Shown here: positions 27,349-38,143 of the stretch, piece after piece
How the letters are laid out: each line of letters begins with the position of its first letter
How positions within the stretch are numbered: position 1 is the stretch's first letter
NCBI GenBank assembly: GCA_017530105.1
Contig: JAFXMW010000108.1
Coordinates: 8,798 to 72,797 of the forward strand
DNA: 64,000 nucleotides
Direction: 5' to 3'
DNA from: Bacteroidales bacterium
GTDB taxonomy: Bacteria; Bacteroidota; Bacteroidia; Bacteroidales; P3
The notes under the pieces: generated by a model
What the model was told of the DNA's origin: nothing
Seen by the model: only the letters and a program-made list of their open reading frames with translations
The model's database searches: none
Program-made: the position numbers and the translations under genes

Positions 27349-29685
27349 TTACTGCACGGCAAGTTTTTTAGTGCAGGAGCCTTGGGGTGTGGTTAGAGTT
27401 ACGTAGTAGATGCCAGTAGGCAGTTCGGAAATGTTGGTTTGAGTGTTAAATCCTGTTGGTTTAAAATCCATCACCTTCCTGCCCGTTGCATCGTGCATTG
27501 TCACCCGGCATTGCCCGGGATTAACCCCTGCCGTAGTAAACGCGATGTTTACATACTCCCTTGAAGGATTGGGTGAGAGCGATAGTTTTGGGCTATTCCC
27601 CCATGGTGCGATTTCCCCGTCCTCGTGGATGTCAAGCAGTGCCGTGTCCACCACAGCAAGAATGAATTCTCCTTTCAAAGGTGTGCCAATCAATTTCAGA
27701 TACTGGTAGTTGTTGTATGACGAGGAGTAGGTTTCAACTTTGGCCGACTTGCGCAGCATCCACGGGCTGTTTGCATCCTTTCGGTAGAACAGGCGCAGCG
27801 AATCAAGTGTCATCGAGCCATGGTAGAAATCTCTGTCAAGTACAGGATCGAAAAGCCCGAACATAAAGCCGTAATTGGCTTTGAAATCGCTGCCGTAAGT
27901 CCCGTTCACAAACCATCGGCGGTTGTACCATCTCACCACTCCGGGTATTTCCTGTTCGTCGGGTTCTCCGAATTGAAGTGTTACGTATATGTTTTCTGTT
28001 CTGTTGATATTAGTGGGTGAAATGATGAAATTGGTGAGGGTTGATGTATTGGTGGAAGTCGAACTCAGTTGAAGCTTTTGTGTAATATTGGCACATGCCG
28101 AACGGTGATAATAGTCCACAATGGCGAATTTCGGGACGAAAGGCAGCCGGTATTGCCCGTGGGCATGAACACCGTTGCTGCGCACGTGGCAGGTCACCGT
28201 GTCGCCGTTTGAGGAGAAGAAGGTGACGGGCACATTGGCCTGCCTGCAGTAGTCCGGAGCGTGCCATAGCCGCTGGGTAATCCATAATTCGGTCAGCCCG
28301 TCGATAGTTCTCAGCGAGTCGATAGAATAACTTGCAAACCCACCATTGAAGATGTGGAAATCATAAAAATCGGTCAAGTCTACACCGCTGTACACGCTCA
28401 TCGAATCGCGCAACTGATAGCTGTCCATGTTGGTGAAGGCGTTGCGTTCAAACAACTGCTGTAGCATCCCGAAAAACACCGAGTCGCCCAGCAATTGGTT
28501 CAACTCGTGAAACACCATGGCTCCCTTATAATAAGTAGTCTGCATGAACGAGTATCGATTAGGCATGCCGCACAAAGGATGGTACCCCCTTTCTGATAAG
28601 GGAGCGGAAAGCACGGCAGTGGACCTGAGCCAAACCAACTCAGACGTGGTGTTCGCTGCACCAATCGATGCCAATTGGTCGGCGAAAGTTGCTCCACCCT
28701 CATTAAACCACATGTCTCTCATATGGTCACAAGTAACGAGGTTGCCGAACCATTGATGTGCAAACTCGTGATCGATAAGGTATTTCAGATCATATTCTCT
28801 TTGGGAAAACTCTGCACAGATGTTGTTCACATGCTCCATGCCCGCACCAGGTCCTCCTTCGCTGAACCCGATAGTACCCCAGCGGTAGGGTCCGAACTTC
28901 TGTTCAAACAATTGCAAAGTCTGGTCGAGTGTGCTGAATCCCCGAACCAGGGCTGCACTGTCCATCGAAAAACCCGCAATCCTGACGGGGTAATTGCCGT
29001 AATGCCCTACGGCCTCACGTTGATGCATAATATATGGAGCCGCATTCAGTCCCACATGATATGTTGAGACAGGATGGCTCAGGGTGTAATGATACGTCAG
29101 ACTCGAATCAGTGTTGGTAACCGTACTGTCGTGTTCGCCACTGCTGATGGCCCTCCATCCCTGCGGCACTGTGAGGTGGAACGTGTAGGTTGCCCTGTCG
29201 TAGACGCTGTCGCTGCACGGAAACCAGCTCCGGCCCATGCTGAAAGGACGTATGCGACGGTCCTCGCCGAGATTGTAGAAGAGGTCATCCTCGCACCACA
29301 TGCCGCCATCGGTACCTGTCCATCCGTTTGTGCCATACCACACGGTAATGCGCATTGTGTCGCCAACTGCGGTGTTGCCAACGGGTATTCGCAGATGTTT
29401 CTCATTGTAGCTGTATTCCCGGCTGCCCACGCCCTGCCCGTTCACTTTTATCGAATCGATTGTGGCATACATCAACCCCAGACCCAACTCGGTGGAGGGT
29501 TTCAGCATACGCACTGTTGTCTCACACCATCCCTGCATGTGGCGAGGTTGTTGGTGGCCCATGTCAAGGGTGATGTCGTAGTGTAGCACATCAATGGTGT
29601 CGTTTTCAGTGAAATGTTTTTGGGCATTCATTCCACCTCCCCAAACCAGCATCATGCCCAGCAAAAGAAACATGTATTTTTTCAT
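27349..29685 (-). CDS. M1-family zinc aminopeptidase with T9SS C-terminal sorting domain
   Basis: GAGMEH (GxMEN-like), HEFAHQWFGNLVT (HExxH) and WFNEG. The C-terminus LSLSPNPSREYVNIAF...GIYYVTLTTPQGSCTKKLAVQ fits the T9SS CTD. Confidence 0.8.
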   Translation of the reverse strand: MKKYMFLLLGMMLVWGGGMNAQKHFTENDTIDVLHYDITLDMGHQQPRHMQGWCETTVRMLKPSTELGLGLMYATIDSIKVNGQGVGSREYSYNEKHLRIPVGNTAVGDTMRITVWYGTNGWTGTDGGMWCEDDLFYNLGEDRRIRPFSMGRSWFPCSDSVYDRATYTFHLTVPQGWRAISSGEHDSTVTNTDSSLTYHYTLSHPVSTYHVGLNAAPYIMHQREAVGHYGNYPVRIAGFSMDSAALVRGFSTLDQTLQLFEQKFGPYRWGTIGFSEGGPGAGMEHVNNICAEFSQREYDLKYLIDHEFAHQWFGNLVTCDHMRDMWFNEGGATFADQLASIGAANTTSELVWLRSTAVLSAPLSERGYHPLCGMPNRYSFMQTTYYKGAMVFHELNQLLGDSVFFGMLQQLFERNAFTNMDSYQLRDSMSVYSGVDLTDFYDFHIFNGGFASYSIDSLRTIDGLTELWITQRLWHAPDYCRQANVPVTFFSSNGDTVTCHVRSNGVHAHGQYRLPFVPKFAIVDYYHRSACANITQKLQLSSTSTNTSTLTNFIISPTNINRTENIYVTLQFGEPDEQEIPGVVRWYNRRWFVNGTYGSDFKANYGFMFGLFDPVLDRDFYHGSMTLDSLRLFYRKDANSPWMLRKSAKVETYSSSYNNYQYLKLIGTPLKGEFILAVVDTALLDIHEDGEIAPWGNSPKLSLSPNPSREYVNIAFTTAGVNPGQCRVTMHDATGRKVMDFKPTGFNTQTNISELPTGIYYVTLTTPQGSCTKKLAVQ

Positions 29686-29718
29686 GAATATTGTGATTTT
29701 TTGGTTTTTAATGTTCGT

Positions 29719-30738
29719 TTATTCATTCTCAACAGGGCGTTTCATAGGGTCGCTCCAGGCATAATTGTCGGGCACCTTCAGATAGTTGCGAATAGTTCCT
29801 TTCTTTAGTCTTATCCATGTCTCAAAAGACCTTTTCCCTTCATGAAGCACTATCACACGAGCCCCGTTGCCGCCCACTAAATCGTTATACACCGTATTGC
29901 CACCCGAATAGCGTCCATAGGCCAGCAGAATATTCTTCCACATCACAGCATAGTCATTGTTGTGGTCATGCCCGCAGAATATTCCCATTACATCGCCTTC
30001 CTGCCTCATGGCTTCAAACATACCGCTGTTATACCTCGGGCAACACACTGACTCCATTCTTGCTCCGATGACCCAAGTGTCGCGCTTGCGGAAAGCGGTC
30101 TCGAACTCAGGTACAGGGATATGGAAGAAAGCCATCGATGGCAATGGCCGGCCACCGTTCTCTTTTGTCAGGCTGCGGCTCAGCGTGCGGTACCATTTTA
30201 TTTGGCTCTTTGTCAGCCAGGCATAGCCCACAAAGGGACCATAATGCCGCTTGTTGTGCGAGTCGAGGCAATACAACGCAGCGCGTGTACTGTCGTCTTT
30301 GCTGCCCAGTATGCGCAACAGATAATCGAATTCAGTCCCTGCCACATGCTCTGGCTCCACATTGTTGCGGGTGTGCAGGATGGTGTACAGCTCTTCGTGG
30401 CTCAGCCCGAACTCTTCGTCGTGATTGCCAAAGGTGGTGCAAAACGGCACCCCGAGACTATCCAGACATTGTGCCACATCGTTCATGCTCAGGTCAGCGG
30501 GATGCCCGAAGATAATGTCACCTGTCACAATCACCAAATCAGGCCGCTCAGCCTTCACCACCTCGCGCATACGTATCAATGCCCTTTGGGCGTGGGGGTT
30601 GTTGTGGATATAGTGCAAATCAGTAAACTGGACTATTTTAAAAGTCCCGTCAGAGCGAAAACGCAACGGCAACCGTTGCGCTTGGATGCAGACGGTTGCC
30701 GTAATAAATAATATCAAGAAAACACCTAATCGTTTCAT
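29719..30738 (-). CDS. Calcineurin-like metallophosphoesterase, secreted
   Basis: Signal peptide, then the blocks FTDLHY, VTGDIIFG, GNHDEE and GHDHNNDY. Confidence 0.75.
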   Translation of the reverse strand: MKRLGVFLILFITATVCIQAQRLPLRFRSDGTFKIVQFTDLHYIHNNPHAQRALIRMREVVKAERPDLVIVTGDIIFGHPADLSMNDVAQCLDSLGVPFCTTFGNHDEEFGLSHEELYTILHTRNNVEPEHVAGTEFDYLLRILGSKDDSTRAALYCLDSHNKRHYGPFVGYAWLTKSQIKWYRTLSRSLTKENGGRPLPSMAFFHIPVPEFETAFRKRDTWVIGARMESVCCPRYNSGMFEAMRQEGDVMGIFCGHDHNNDYAVMWKNILLAYGRYSGGNTVYNDLVGGNGARVIVLHEGKRSFETWIRLKKGTIRNYLKVPDNYAWSDPMKRPVENE

Positions 30739-30752
30739 AGATACGAAACAGG

Positions 30753-31751
30753 TTATTTTTCAGTGTTAGGCTTGGAGGGATTGGGTTTGACACCACCGGG
30801 TTTGGCGATGCTTTCTCGCATATCGGTGTCGGCCTGTATGTTCTTCATGCGGTAGTAGTCCATGATGCCCATGTTGCCGCTGCGGAAAGCGTCGGCCATA
30901 GCCTTGGGCACTTCTGCCTCGGCCTCGATAACCTTGGCGCGGGCTTCCTGGGCCTTGGCTTTCATCTCCTGCTCCGAAGCCACTGCCATAGCACGGCGTT
31001 CCTCGGCCTTGGCCTGTGCAATGTTCTTGTCGGCGTTGGCCTGGTCCATTTGCAGCTGGGCACCGATATTCTTACCCACATCGATGTCGGCAATGTCGAT
31101 GGACAGAATTTCAAAAGCCGTGCCGCTGTCCAAACCTTTGGTAAGCACCAGTTTCGAGATGCTGTCGGGGTTTTCGAGCACCTGCTTGTGGCTTAATGCC
31201 GAGCCGATAGAGGAGACGATACCTTCACCCACACGGGCAAGAATGGTCTCTTCGCTGGCGCCGCCAACGAGCTGTTTAATATTGGTGCGTACGGTGACGC
31301 GGGCCTTGGCAATCAACTGAATACCGTCCTTGGCCACAGCGGCCACAGGGGGAGTGTCAATCACCTTGGGGTTCACCGATGTCTGAACAGCTTTCAGCAC
31401 GTCGCGTCCTGCCAAGTCGATGGCGGTGGCGGTGCGGAAATCAAGGTTCATATTGGCTTTGCTCGACGAAATCAAGGCCTGCACCACATTGGTCACATTG
31501 CCGCCTGCCAGATAGTGTGCCTCCAGTTCGTTTTGTGACAGCTTCAATCCCGCCTTGGTGGCATTGATCATGTTATTAACTATAATGCTGGGAGGCACTT
31601 TGCGGAAACGCATGAACATCAATTGTATCAACGAGGTGTGTACACCCGATACAAGTGCCTGGAACCATAGTCCCACAGGGACCAGATAGAGAAAGATGAT
31701 AAGTGCGATAAAGATAATCACACAAAGGATGATAATTCCTGTAATTGACAT
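30753..31751 (-). CDS. floA: Flotillin-like protein FloA (SPFH domain, UPF0365)
   Basis: An N-terminal transmembrane segment, then [15 protein letters not shown]...; a C-terminal Ala/Glu-rich coiled coil, as in FloA/YqfA. Confidence 0.8.
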   Translation of the reverse strand: MSITGIIILCVIIFIALIIFLYLVPVGLWFQALVSGVHTSLIQLMFMRFRKVPPSIIVNNMINATKAGLKLSQNELEAHYLAGGNVTNVVQALISSSKANMNLDFRTATAIDLAGRDVLKAVQTSVNPKVIDTPPVAAVAKDGIQLIAKARVTVRTNIKQLVGGASEETILARVGEGIVSSIGSALSHKQVLENPDSISKLVLTKGLDSGTAFEILSIDIADIDVGKNIGAQLQMDQANADKNIAQAKAEERRAMAVASEQEMKAKAQEARAKVIEAEAEVPKAMADAFRSGNMGIMDYYRMKNIQADTDMRESIAKPGGVKPNPSKPNTEK

Positions 31752-31807
31752 GTTGTTATTGTTTTAAATTGTTATTTCTGTTTTTGTTTTGCCGGTGAGG
31801 AATCGGG

Positions 31808-32287
31808 TTAGTCGAAACGGGTGTCTTCAATCTCGCACACATCAATGCGGTATCCCTCTATAGCCACCACTTCGATGGGGCGGTCTTGGTCGATGAATTT
31901 GTTGATGGCGTGTACTTCCATCAGTTTCCCGTCAATCAATGCCTTGCCTGTCGGAGCCAGACGTGCCACGGTGGTGCCGCGGGTGCCGATGGCTATGGCG
32001 GGGTCGTCGATTTGGTTCACAGCACTGTCCGACTCCTCGTTGAGGCTGAATTTCTTCCAAGTCTTGGATTTCATGAATAGAGCCAGCAGAATGATGCAGA
32101 TGGCCACACAGCATCCCAGCACTATCGTGCCGCCGGTCATGCCGAGCCACAGGTAACTCTGCCACACACCAAAAACGGTAAGAAGGAAGCCGCAGATGCC
32201 GGCAAACCCTCCCGGAAGTGCCACAATCTCGAGTGTCAAAAGCAATAGCCCGATCACCAGTACAATAATAATTAATGTGGGTGTCAT
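31808..32287 (-). CDS. NfeD-family membrane protein
   Basis: Three or four N-terminal transmembrane helices plus a C-terminal OB-like soluble domain (GTRGTTVARLAPTGKALIDGKLMEVHA). It lies immediately upstream of floA, the classic pairing. Confidence 0.75.
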   Translation of the reverse strand: MTPTLIIIVLVIGLLLLTLEIVALPGGFAGICGFLLTVFGVWQSYLWLGMTGGTIVLGCCVAICIILLALFMKSKTWKKFSLNEESDSAVNQIDDPAIAIGTRGTTVARLAPTGKALIDGKLMEVHAINKFIDQDRPIEVVAIEGYRIDVCEIEDTRFD

Positions 32288-32328
32288 AATTCTATTTGTG
32301 TTGTTTTTTCTACGTCAATTTCAAAATG

Positions 32329-32336
32329 CAAAGATA
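32329..32336 (-). promoter_or_regulatory. Candidate -7 box (TATCTTTG) for nfeD-floA
   Basis: The reverse complement of caaagata lies 42 nt upstream of ATG 32287. Confidence 0.4.
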
Positions 32337-32470
32337 CAAAAAAAAACGATACCATTTCCAAAAACTTTTCTTTTTTTTGACTGCACCGGTGTATGGTATA
32401 ACGTAACTAAATGAATATTACTTTATTATATATAATTGCCAGGGCTTTGCCGATAGGTTTGGTATGCCAA

Positions 32471-32579
32471 GGTTCGCTCGTTATCCGTTTCTTATCGGTT
32501 AGTTCTCCCATATTTCTCCCATCCTGCATGGGAGAAATATGGGAGAAATATGGGAGAACTGGTGGGGAACGAGCGAACC
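32471..32579. repeat. Decamer-palindrome element, copy 2
   Basis: Outer 12-bp inverted repeat GGTTCGCTCGTT / AACGAGCGAACC. The core is ttctcccata x2, then tcctgca, then tgggagaaata x3. Confidence 0.9.
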
Positions 32580-32684
32580 TACCGGGACGAAATGTCGGCC
32601 GTCAGATTGGAGCGGTTGCGGACAAGGGTTGGGGTGAGGTTGGCTTTTGTCGCGGCGAGATCGGGAGCGCTGAGGGGGGAGGGG

Positions 32685-32966
32685 TTAGCGGACTATTTCG
32701 GAGGTGAGTTGTTTGTCGAGGAGTGCGGTGTGCATGGGAAGGAGGGTGTCGTAGCTGCCGTGTTTTATGGTGCATTTGCCGTGGCAGTGGACAAGGATGG
32801 CGCATTGCTCGGCCTGGGCGTAGGTGATGCGGCAAATGTCGACGAGGGCTTTGATGACGTAGTCGAAGGTGTGGACATCGTCGTTGTGGAGGATGAGGTT
32901 GCAGCCGGAGTCTTCGAGTACGTCGGTTTCGTCGTGCGAAAGGGGTGATATTTTGGGGTCTTCCAT
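32685..32966 (-). CDS. clpS: ATP-dependent Clp protease adaptor ClpS
   Basis: NLILHNDDVHTFDYVIKALVDICRITYAQAEQCAILVHCHGKC. The start is set at MEDPK (ATG 32966). The upstream part of the track ORF is a low-complexity read-through. Confidence 0.85.
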   Translation of the reverse strand: MEDPKISPLSHDETDVLEDSGCNLILHNDDVHTFDYVIKALVDICRITYAQAEQCAILVHCHGKCTIKHGSYDTLLPMHTALLDKQLTSEIVR

Positions 32967-32979
32967 AATGGATGGTTTG

Positions 32980-33480
32980 TTAGGGTCTGGGTGTAGGGGG
33001 TTGGTCGCAGGGCTCGAGAAGGAGGACCGAGGCGTGGGCGCTGATGCCTTCTTGTCGGCCTTCGAAGCCGAGATGTTCGGTGGTGGTGGCTTTGACGGAG
33101 ACGCGTCCGGGGTCGATGCCGAGGATGGCGGCAATGGTGTCGCGCATTTGAGGGATGTAGGGTCCTACTTTGGGTTGCTGGGCGACGATAATGCTGTCAA
33201 TGTTGCCGATACGGTAACCGTTGTCGAGGAGGAGTTGGTTGCAGCGGCCGAGGAGCACTTTGCTGTCGATGTTTTTGTATTGGGGGTCCTTGTCGGGGAA
33301 GTGTTTGCCGATGTCGCCCAGGGCGGCGGCGCCGAGCATGGCGTCGCAGATGGCATGGAGGAGTACATCGGCATCGGAATGGCCGAGGAGTCCGAGGGTG
33401 TGGGGTATTTGAATACCGCCCAACCACAATTGGCGGTCGGTGACAAGTTGGTGGACGTCGTAGCCTATTCCTATGCGCAT
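32980..33480 (-). CDS. ispF: 2-C-methyl-D-erythritol 2,4-cyclodiphosphate synthase
   Basis: [12 protein letters not shown]...[31 protein letters not shown]. The start is set at ATG 33480. Confidence 0.9.
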   Translation of the reverse strand: MRIGIGYDVHQLVTDRQLWLGGIQIPHTLGLLGHSDADVLLHAICDAMLGAAALGDIGKHFPDKDPQYKNIDSKVLLGRCNQLLLDNGYRIGNIDSIIVAQQPKVGPYIPQMRDTIAAILGIDPGRVSVKATTTEHLGFEGRQEGISAHASVLLLEPCDQPPTPRP

Positions 33481-33484
33481 GGTG

Positions 33485-34696
33485 TTAGATGGTTGGGGTG
33501 GGTTTCTTGGCTTTGAAGTTGAGGGTGAGGGAGATGCGGATGGTGTTGGAGAGGGGGTTGCTGCTGAAACTGGTAGTGGGTACGAGGTAGGCGAAGTCGA
33601 ACTGCATAATGCTGTATTTGAGTCCGAAACCAAAGGTGAGGTATTGACGGCCGCCTTTGGTGTTGCTTTCGTAGAAGTATCCGGCGCGGGCGGCGAGGGT
33701 TTGCTTGTACCAGTATTCGCCACCAGCAGAGATTTGCACTTCCTGGAATTCTTCGCTGAGACCGCGCGGAGCATCGTAGAATGATTGGATGGCTCCTTTC
33801 ATCACACCGGTGCTGTAGTATTCGGTCATGTTGCGGTAGTATTTGCTGTAGGTGCTGTCGCCTTCGGTAATCGGGGGCGTGGGGACAAGGAGTTTGTTGA
33901 CATCGAAGAGAAGGCTGATTGAGTTTGATTCGTCGATGTGGTTGGTGTAGCGTGCGCCAATGCGGAGGTTGGAGGGGAGGAATTCTTTCTTGGTGTCGTC
34001 GTCGGAGTAGGAGAGTTTGGCACCCATGTTGCTGATGAAGGCACCGATGGCCAGTACTTGGCTGTTGTCGATGGGATGTTGCCAGTAGAGGCCGAGGTCG
34101 GCAGCAATGCTGCGGGCGGGTTTGGTGGAGACGTAGCCGCTACCGTCGGAGACTTGCTGGCCGTTGGTGAGGTCGGAGTTGATGAAGCGGCCAGTGGCGC
34201 CAAGTGACAGCTCGTCGTTGAGTTTCATGGCGTAGGTGACGTCGGCGGCAAATTCGTTGGGGTTCATGGTGCCGCGGCTTTGCCCGTCGGCATCGGTCAT
34301 TTGGATTTCGCCAAGGGAGAAATAGGTGAGCGAGGCGGCGACGGTGCTGCGGCTGTTGATGCGTTTGAAGCCACCGAGGTAGAGGAGGTTCATGTCGGCC
34401 ACGTTGAGGTTGCGGAGCCATGGGGTATAGGTGGTGCCAAGGCCGATGTCGCCGTCGATGAAGGCGAATTTGGCGTTGTTCCAGTGAGCGGAGTAGATGT
34501 CGGGTGTTGAGGCTGCGCCTGCGTCGCCCATGCCGCTGGCTATGGCGTCGGGGGAGACGAGGAGTATGGGCATGCCGGTGGAGATATAATTTTTGGTTTG
34601 TCCGGTAAGGCCAGGGGTCATGTCGTTTTGGGCCAATGCGTTGCCTGCAAGGCTAATGGCGAACAGGCAGGCGATGATGATGCGGGTTTTCTTCAT
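33485..34696 (-). CDS. porV: T9SS outer-membrane channel protein PorV (LptO)
   Basis: Signal peptide [23 protein letters not shown] and the block [34 protein letters not shown]. It lies directly downstream of porU, as in Porphyromonas. An alternative start is at 34726. Confidence 0.75.
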   Translation of the reverse strand: MKKTRIIIACLFAISLAGNALAQNDMTPGLTGQTKNYISTGMPILLVSPDAIASGMGDAGAASTPDIYSAHWNNAKFAFIDGDIGLGTTYTPWLRNLNVADMNLLYLGGFKRINSRSTVAASLTYFSLGEIQMTDADGQSRGTMNPNEFAADVTYAMKLNDELSLGATGRFINSDLTNGQQVSDGSGYVSTKPARSIAADLGLYWQHPIDNSQVLAIGAFISNMGAKLSYSDDDTKKEFLPSNLRIGARYTNHIDESNSISLLFDVNKLLVPTPPITEGDSTYSKYYRNMTEYYSTGVMKGAIQSFYDAPRGLSEEFQEVQISAGGEYWYKQTLAARAGYFYESNTKGGRQYLTFGFGLKYSIMQFDFAYLVPTTSFSSNPLSNTIRISLTLNFKAKKPTPTI

Positions 34697-34780
34697 TGAT
34701 TTGTTGTCAGTGTTTGTTGCTTTCAAAAAACGAGTCTAAAACGGAAGATGAGTTTTTTTATTGTGGTGTATGCGTTTTTT

Positions 34781-37700
34781 TTAATTGTGGACTATTTTGG
34801 CGGTTTGGGCGAGCTGTTGTCCATCGGTGGTGGTGACGGTAATGCGGGCGATGTAGATGCCTTTGGGGACAAGGCTGCCGTTGGCTGCGGTGAAGTCCCA
34901 GTTGTAGGAAATGACGCAGTTGCCAATGGTCGGGGATACGGATTGAATGAGTGCGCCCCGGATGTCGTAGATGTGGAGGGTGGCGGATTGGACAGAGGAG
35001 GTGAGGTTGTGTTCGGCACGGATGGTGGTGCGTTGGGCGGCCGGGTTGGGTGAGGCGTTGAAATCTCCTAAGGATGGGGTGCGGTCGTTGGCCACGAGGA
35101 AGGAGACGGTGGCGGTGGCGGAGTAGTTGAAGATGTTCCAGCATTTGAGAGTGAGGGTGTGGGGTCCGTTGTCGAGCTTGCCGAGGGTGTAGCGCACTAC
35201 GCCGTTGCGGCTGTCGTTGATGTCGGGTTCGAAGAAGTCGTTGAGGGAAATGGTGCTGTAAGGGTTGTTGTCGATAGTGGCAGTAATGTCGTGACCCAGA
35301 CCGCTGCCAGCGGCATTGATGCCTACTGAGTCGGAAAGGATGGCATAGAGAGTCGGCGTTTCGTTGGTGAGGCCGCCATTGCGGAAGGTGGTGTCGCCAA
35401 TGTAGAGTTGGATGGTGGGGTGGATTTCGGAGATGACCATGTCGTCGTTGAAACCGCCGAACATGATGTTGCTGTATTGTCCGGTGGCGTCGTTGTCGAG
35501 GGAGCGGGCGTAGTGGGAGAGTTTGGCGTAGTCGTAGCGGTAGGAGACGTCGCGTGGGACGATGAAGGAGTAGGAGAAGGTGCCGGAGGTGACGGCTTCA
35601 CGGCCTTTGTAGAGGATGTTTTTCTGCTGTACGAAGTCGACTTCAGAGCTATCGTTGTCGTTGGCCAGGGTGCGGCATTTGACCTCGCGGTCGAAAACTA
35701 TGGGGTAGATGGTGCCGTTGAAATCGGTGAGGGGATTGCCTTGCCGGTCGCGTATTTCACCTTGTACGGTTACGCGGGAGAGGACTTGAGCGGAGTCGGT
35801 TACACCGGGGTTGACAGGCATGTGGTTGATGTGGGTAACGACAATGTCGTTTTGGGGAATGGAGAGGCGGATGGCGGGGTCGCCGAGGAGGTTAATGCAG
35901 TGTGAGACATAGGTGGAGTTTTTTGCCATACGTAGAGCGTCGCCAATGGTATTGTCGGGGTTGAGGGCATGGAGACAAAGGTCGGAGTTGAAGCGTTTGT
36001 TGTGGTGGATGGGACGTGAGGCGGCGACAATGCCTATGCCGGCGGCATCGGCAAGGAGGAACACTTCGGCTCCGCAGATTTCGCTTACTTGGTCGTATTT
36101 GCCAAAGGTGCAGGTGCTGGTGACAAAGAATGCGAGGCGGTCGGTATTGGTGTATTTGTCAATGTCGGAGAATTCCATGAAGCGTTCGGTGCCGATGTAG
36201 TTGCTGGAACCGTGGCCTATGTAGTTGAGCAGTAGGCATCCGTAGTTCATGCGTTGGCGCAGGGCGTTGTTGACGTCGGGGTAATAGGAGCCGTCGGCAC
36301 CGGATTGCTGGATGTAGGCGTCGGCATAGATGCGGTCGATGTTGAAGTGTGGATATTGTTGTTTGATTTTGCGTGCGAGGGCTTCGGAGTCGCTGGCGAA
36401 GTTGGTGTCGAAGGGTGAGGAGGGGTCGGCATCGTCGGAGAGGAGCGTCACGTAGTTGCGCCAGTCGCCACGGATGTCGTCGCGCGAGAGGTCGCGTCGT
36501 TGGATGTAACCTTTGATTTTGTCGACCATGTGTGTGGCTTCGGCGGGTGTTTTGGCGGGGAGTCGACCGATGCTTACGGAGAGTATGCCCTCGAATGGAC
36601 CTGTTGCCAGGGGGGAGAGGTAGCCGAAGATGTCGTCGCTGGGGTATGCGGAGCCTTCAGAGTCGAAAGAGGTGGGCGTTTGGTAGGTGACGACTGTACT
36701 TTGGTGTGCTCCCATGATGTCGCGGTTGTCGTAAGTCCCTTTGCCGAAAAGGAGCAGGTAGCGTGGCGAAAGCCCGGAGGTGTCTTTGTGACGCAGGCAT
36801 CGGAGCATTTGCCGTATGGCTATTGGGTCGGGTTTGCCGAAGGAGTATTCGTTGAATACTTGCTCTTGTGTGACAACAAGTACATTCATGCCGTCGTATT
36901 GGCGGTGGATGTCGGCAAGTTGGTTGGCCTGTTCGAGGAAGTCCTTATGGGTTACAATGACGTAGTCGGGAAGGTCTGTCCCATGGATGTTTTGGTTTGG
37001 AAGGGTTTGGATGTCGGAGGGGGTGAGGGCATCGGCTGGGGAGAAGGCGATGAAGGAGCGTGGGGTGTCGGATTGGGAGATGAAAGAGAACGAGCCGGCA
37101 GACAGGGTAATCGGGAGGGCAAGGGGCTGGGAGGGATTGGTGATGTCCCAAACGCTGAGGTTCTGTCCGTTGCCTGAGACGGTGAAACGACATTGGGATG
37201 GCATTTGCAAGTTGGAGCAGTTGCGGAAGGTTTGCTGTCCTCCGGTGTAGGCCAGCGGTACGGTAGCGTTGAGTTCGATAAAGTCGAGGTAGCCTGCATC
37301 GCTGTTATCGTATGGGGTGTAGGTAATGTTGAAGGTGATGCTGCTGCCAGTGACGGAAGGGAAAGATTCGTTGAAGGTTTGGTAGGTGACGCTGTTGGAA
37401 AAGGAGTGTTGACGGGAGGAAGAACCTTGTTGAACGTCGAATTTGGAGTGTCGAGTGACGATGCTGGCAAAGGCGTAGCGGGCACGTACGGTGCCGTCGG
37501 TGGGCGAGGAGGGGAGTGAGAGGGTGAAACTGCGACTGTTGAGGCTTGAGGTGAATTTGTCGGCAACCCATATTTGGCCCCCGCCGTGGGTGTTGATGCG
37601 GTCTTCGTGATAAAGTGCGACGGCGGTGTGGGTGGTGATTTCGGAGGGGTTGTTCAAAGTGGGCTGGTCGGTTTGTAGGCGCAGACTTGGCGCGGCCTGT

Positions 37701-38143
37701 CCGTCGACGGTGAGGAAATAATAATTATAGTTTGCGTAGGCGTGTATATTATATTCAAAGCATTGGGAAGAGAAAGAGTAGCGCCAGGTGCCTGTGGCCT
37801 CGCCGTAGAAGAGAAGGTAGTCGGTATCGTCGAAGGTGCCGTTGCCGTTGTCGTCGTGTATTTCAATTGCAGCGGGTGTGAGGTCGTCGGGGAGGGGGAT
37901 AGTGTTGTTGACCGAGAGCATGTCGCCCGATGCACCGTAAAGGGCTATTTGGTTGCAAGGGACATGTGCGAGAGAGGGCAGTTCGCGCGTTGTGATTTTG
38001 TATACGCCTGTGGTGGAAACAGGTATTTTGAACCATTGTCCTGATGCCAACAACGAGGAACCGGCAAAGTCTTGAGCCTGGAGGGTCGTTAGGGTGGCGA
38101 TGAGGGTGGTGAGGATGATGAGCGTTTTTCTTCCGATAGTCAT
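34781..38143 (-). CDS. porU: T9SS C-terminal signal peptidase/sortase PorU (C25 gingipain-like)
   Basis: 1120 aa with a signal peptide. C25-like His/Cys blocks (NYIGHGSSNY; FVTSTCTFGKYD). It carries its own CTD-like C-terminus (LHIYDIRGALIQ...GIYIARITVTT). Confidence 0.8.
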   Translation of the reverse strand: MTIGRKTLIILTTLIATLTTLQAQDFAGSSLLASGQWFKIPVSTTGVYKITTRELPSLAHVPCNQIALYGASGDMLSVNNTIPLPDDLTPAAIEIHDDNGNGTFDDTDYLLFYGEATGTWRYSFSSQCFEYNIHAYANYNYYFLTVDGQAAPSLRLQTDQPTLNNPSEITTHTAVALYHEDRINTHGGGQIWVADKFTSSLNSRSFTLSLPSSPTDGTVRARYAFASIVTRHSKFDVQQGSSSRQHSFSNSVTYQTFNESFPSVTGSSITFNITYTPYDNSDAGYLDFIELNATVPLAYTGGQQTFRNCSNLQMPSQCRFTVSGNGQNLSVWDITNPSQPLALPITLSAGSFSFISQSDTPRSFIAFSPADALTPSDIQTLPNQNIHGTDLPDYVIVTHKDFLEQANQLADIHRQYDGMNVLVVTQEQVFNEYSFGKPDPIAIRQMLRCLRHKDTSGLSPRYLLLFGKGTYDNRDIMGAHQSTVVTYQTPTSFDSEGSAYPSDDIFGYLSPLATGPFEGILSVSIGRLPAKTPAEATHMVDKIKGYIQRRDLSRDDIRGDWRNYVTLLSDDADPSSPFDTNFASDSEALARKIKQQYPHFNIDRIYADAYIQQSGADGSYYPDVNNALRQRMNYGCLLLNYIGHGSSNYIGTERFMEFSDIDKYTNTDRLAFFVTSTCTFGKYDQVSEICGAEVFLLADAAGIGIVAASRPIHHNKRFNSDLCLHALNPDNTIGDALRMAKNSTYVSHCINLLGDPAIRLSIPQNDIVVTHINHMPVNPGVTDSAQVLSRVTVQGEIRDRQGNPLTDFNGTIYPIVFDREVKCRTLANDNDSSEVDFVQQKNILYKGREAVTSGTFSYSFIVPRDVSYRYDYAKLSHYARSLDNDATGQYSNIMFGGFNDDMVISEIHPTIQLYIGDTTFRNGGLTNETPTLYAILSDSVGINAAGSGLGHDITATIDNNPYSTISLNDFFEPDINDSRNGVVRYTLGKLDNGPHTLTLKCWNIFNYSATATVSFLVANDRTPSLGDFNASPNPAAQRTTIRAEHNLTSSVQSATLHIYDIRGALIQSVSPTIGNCVISYNWDFTAANGSLVPKGIYIARITVTTTDGQQLAQTAKIVHN

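Noticed and set aside
32685-33774. Long N-terminal extensions of the clpS (149 aa) and ispF (264 aa) track ORFs, the latter overlapping porV
   Set aside because: Family homology begins at internal Mets (MEDPKI..., MRIGIGYD...). The upstream parts are Pro/Ser/Thr/Ala-rich read-through with no homology expectation, and they would overlap the preceding genes.
33826-37566. Several Pro/Thr/Ser-rich ORFs (for example 36952..37566 at 204 aa, 33826..34203 at 125 aa, 35323..35601) that look like mucin-like or low-complexity proteins
   Set aside because: They are alternative frames of porU and porV on the same strand. The low-complexity composition arises from reading C-rich codons out of frame, and the porU/porV frames carry the real family motifs.
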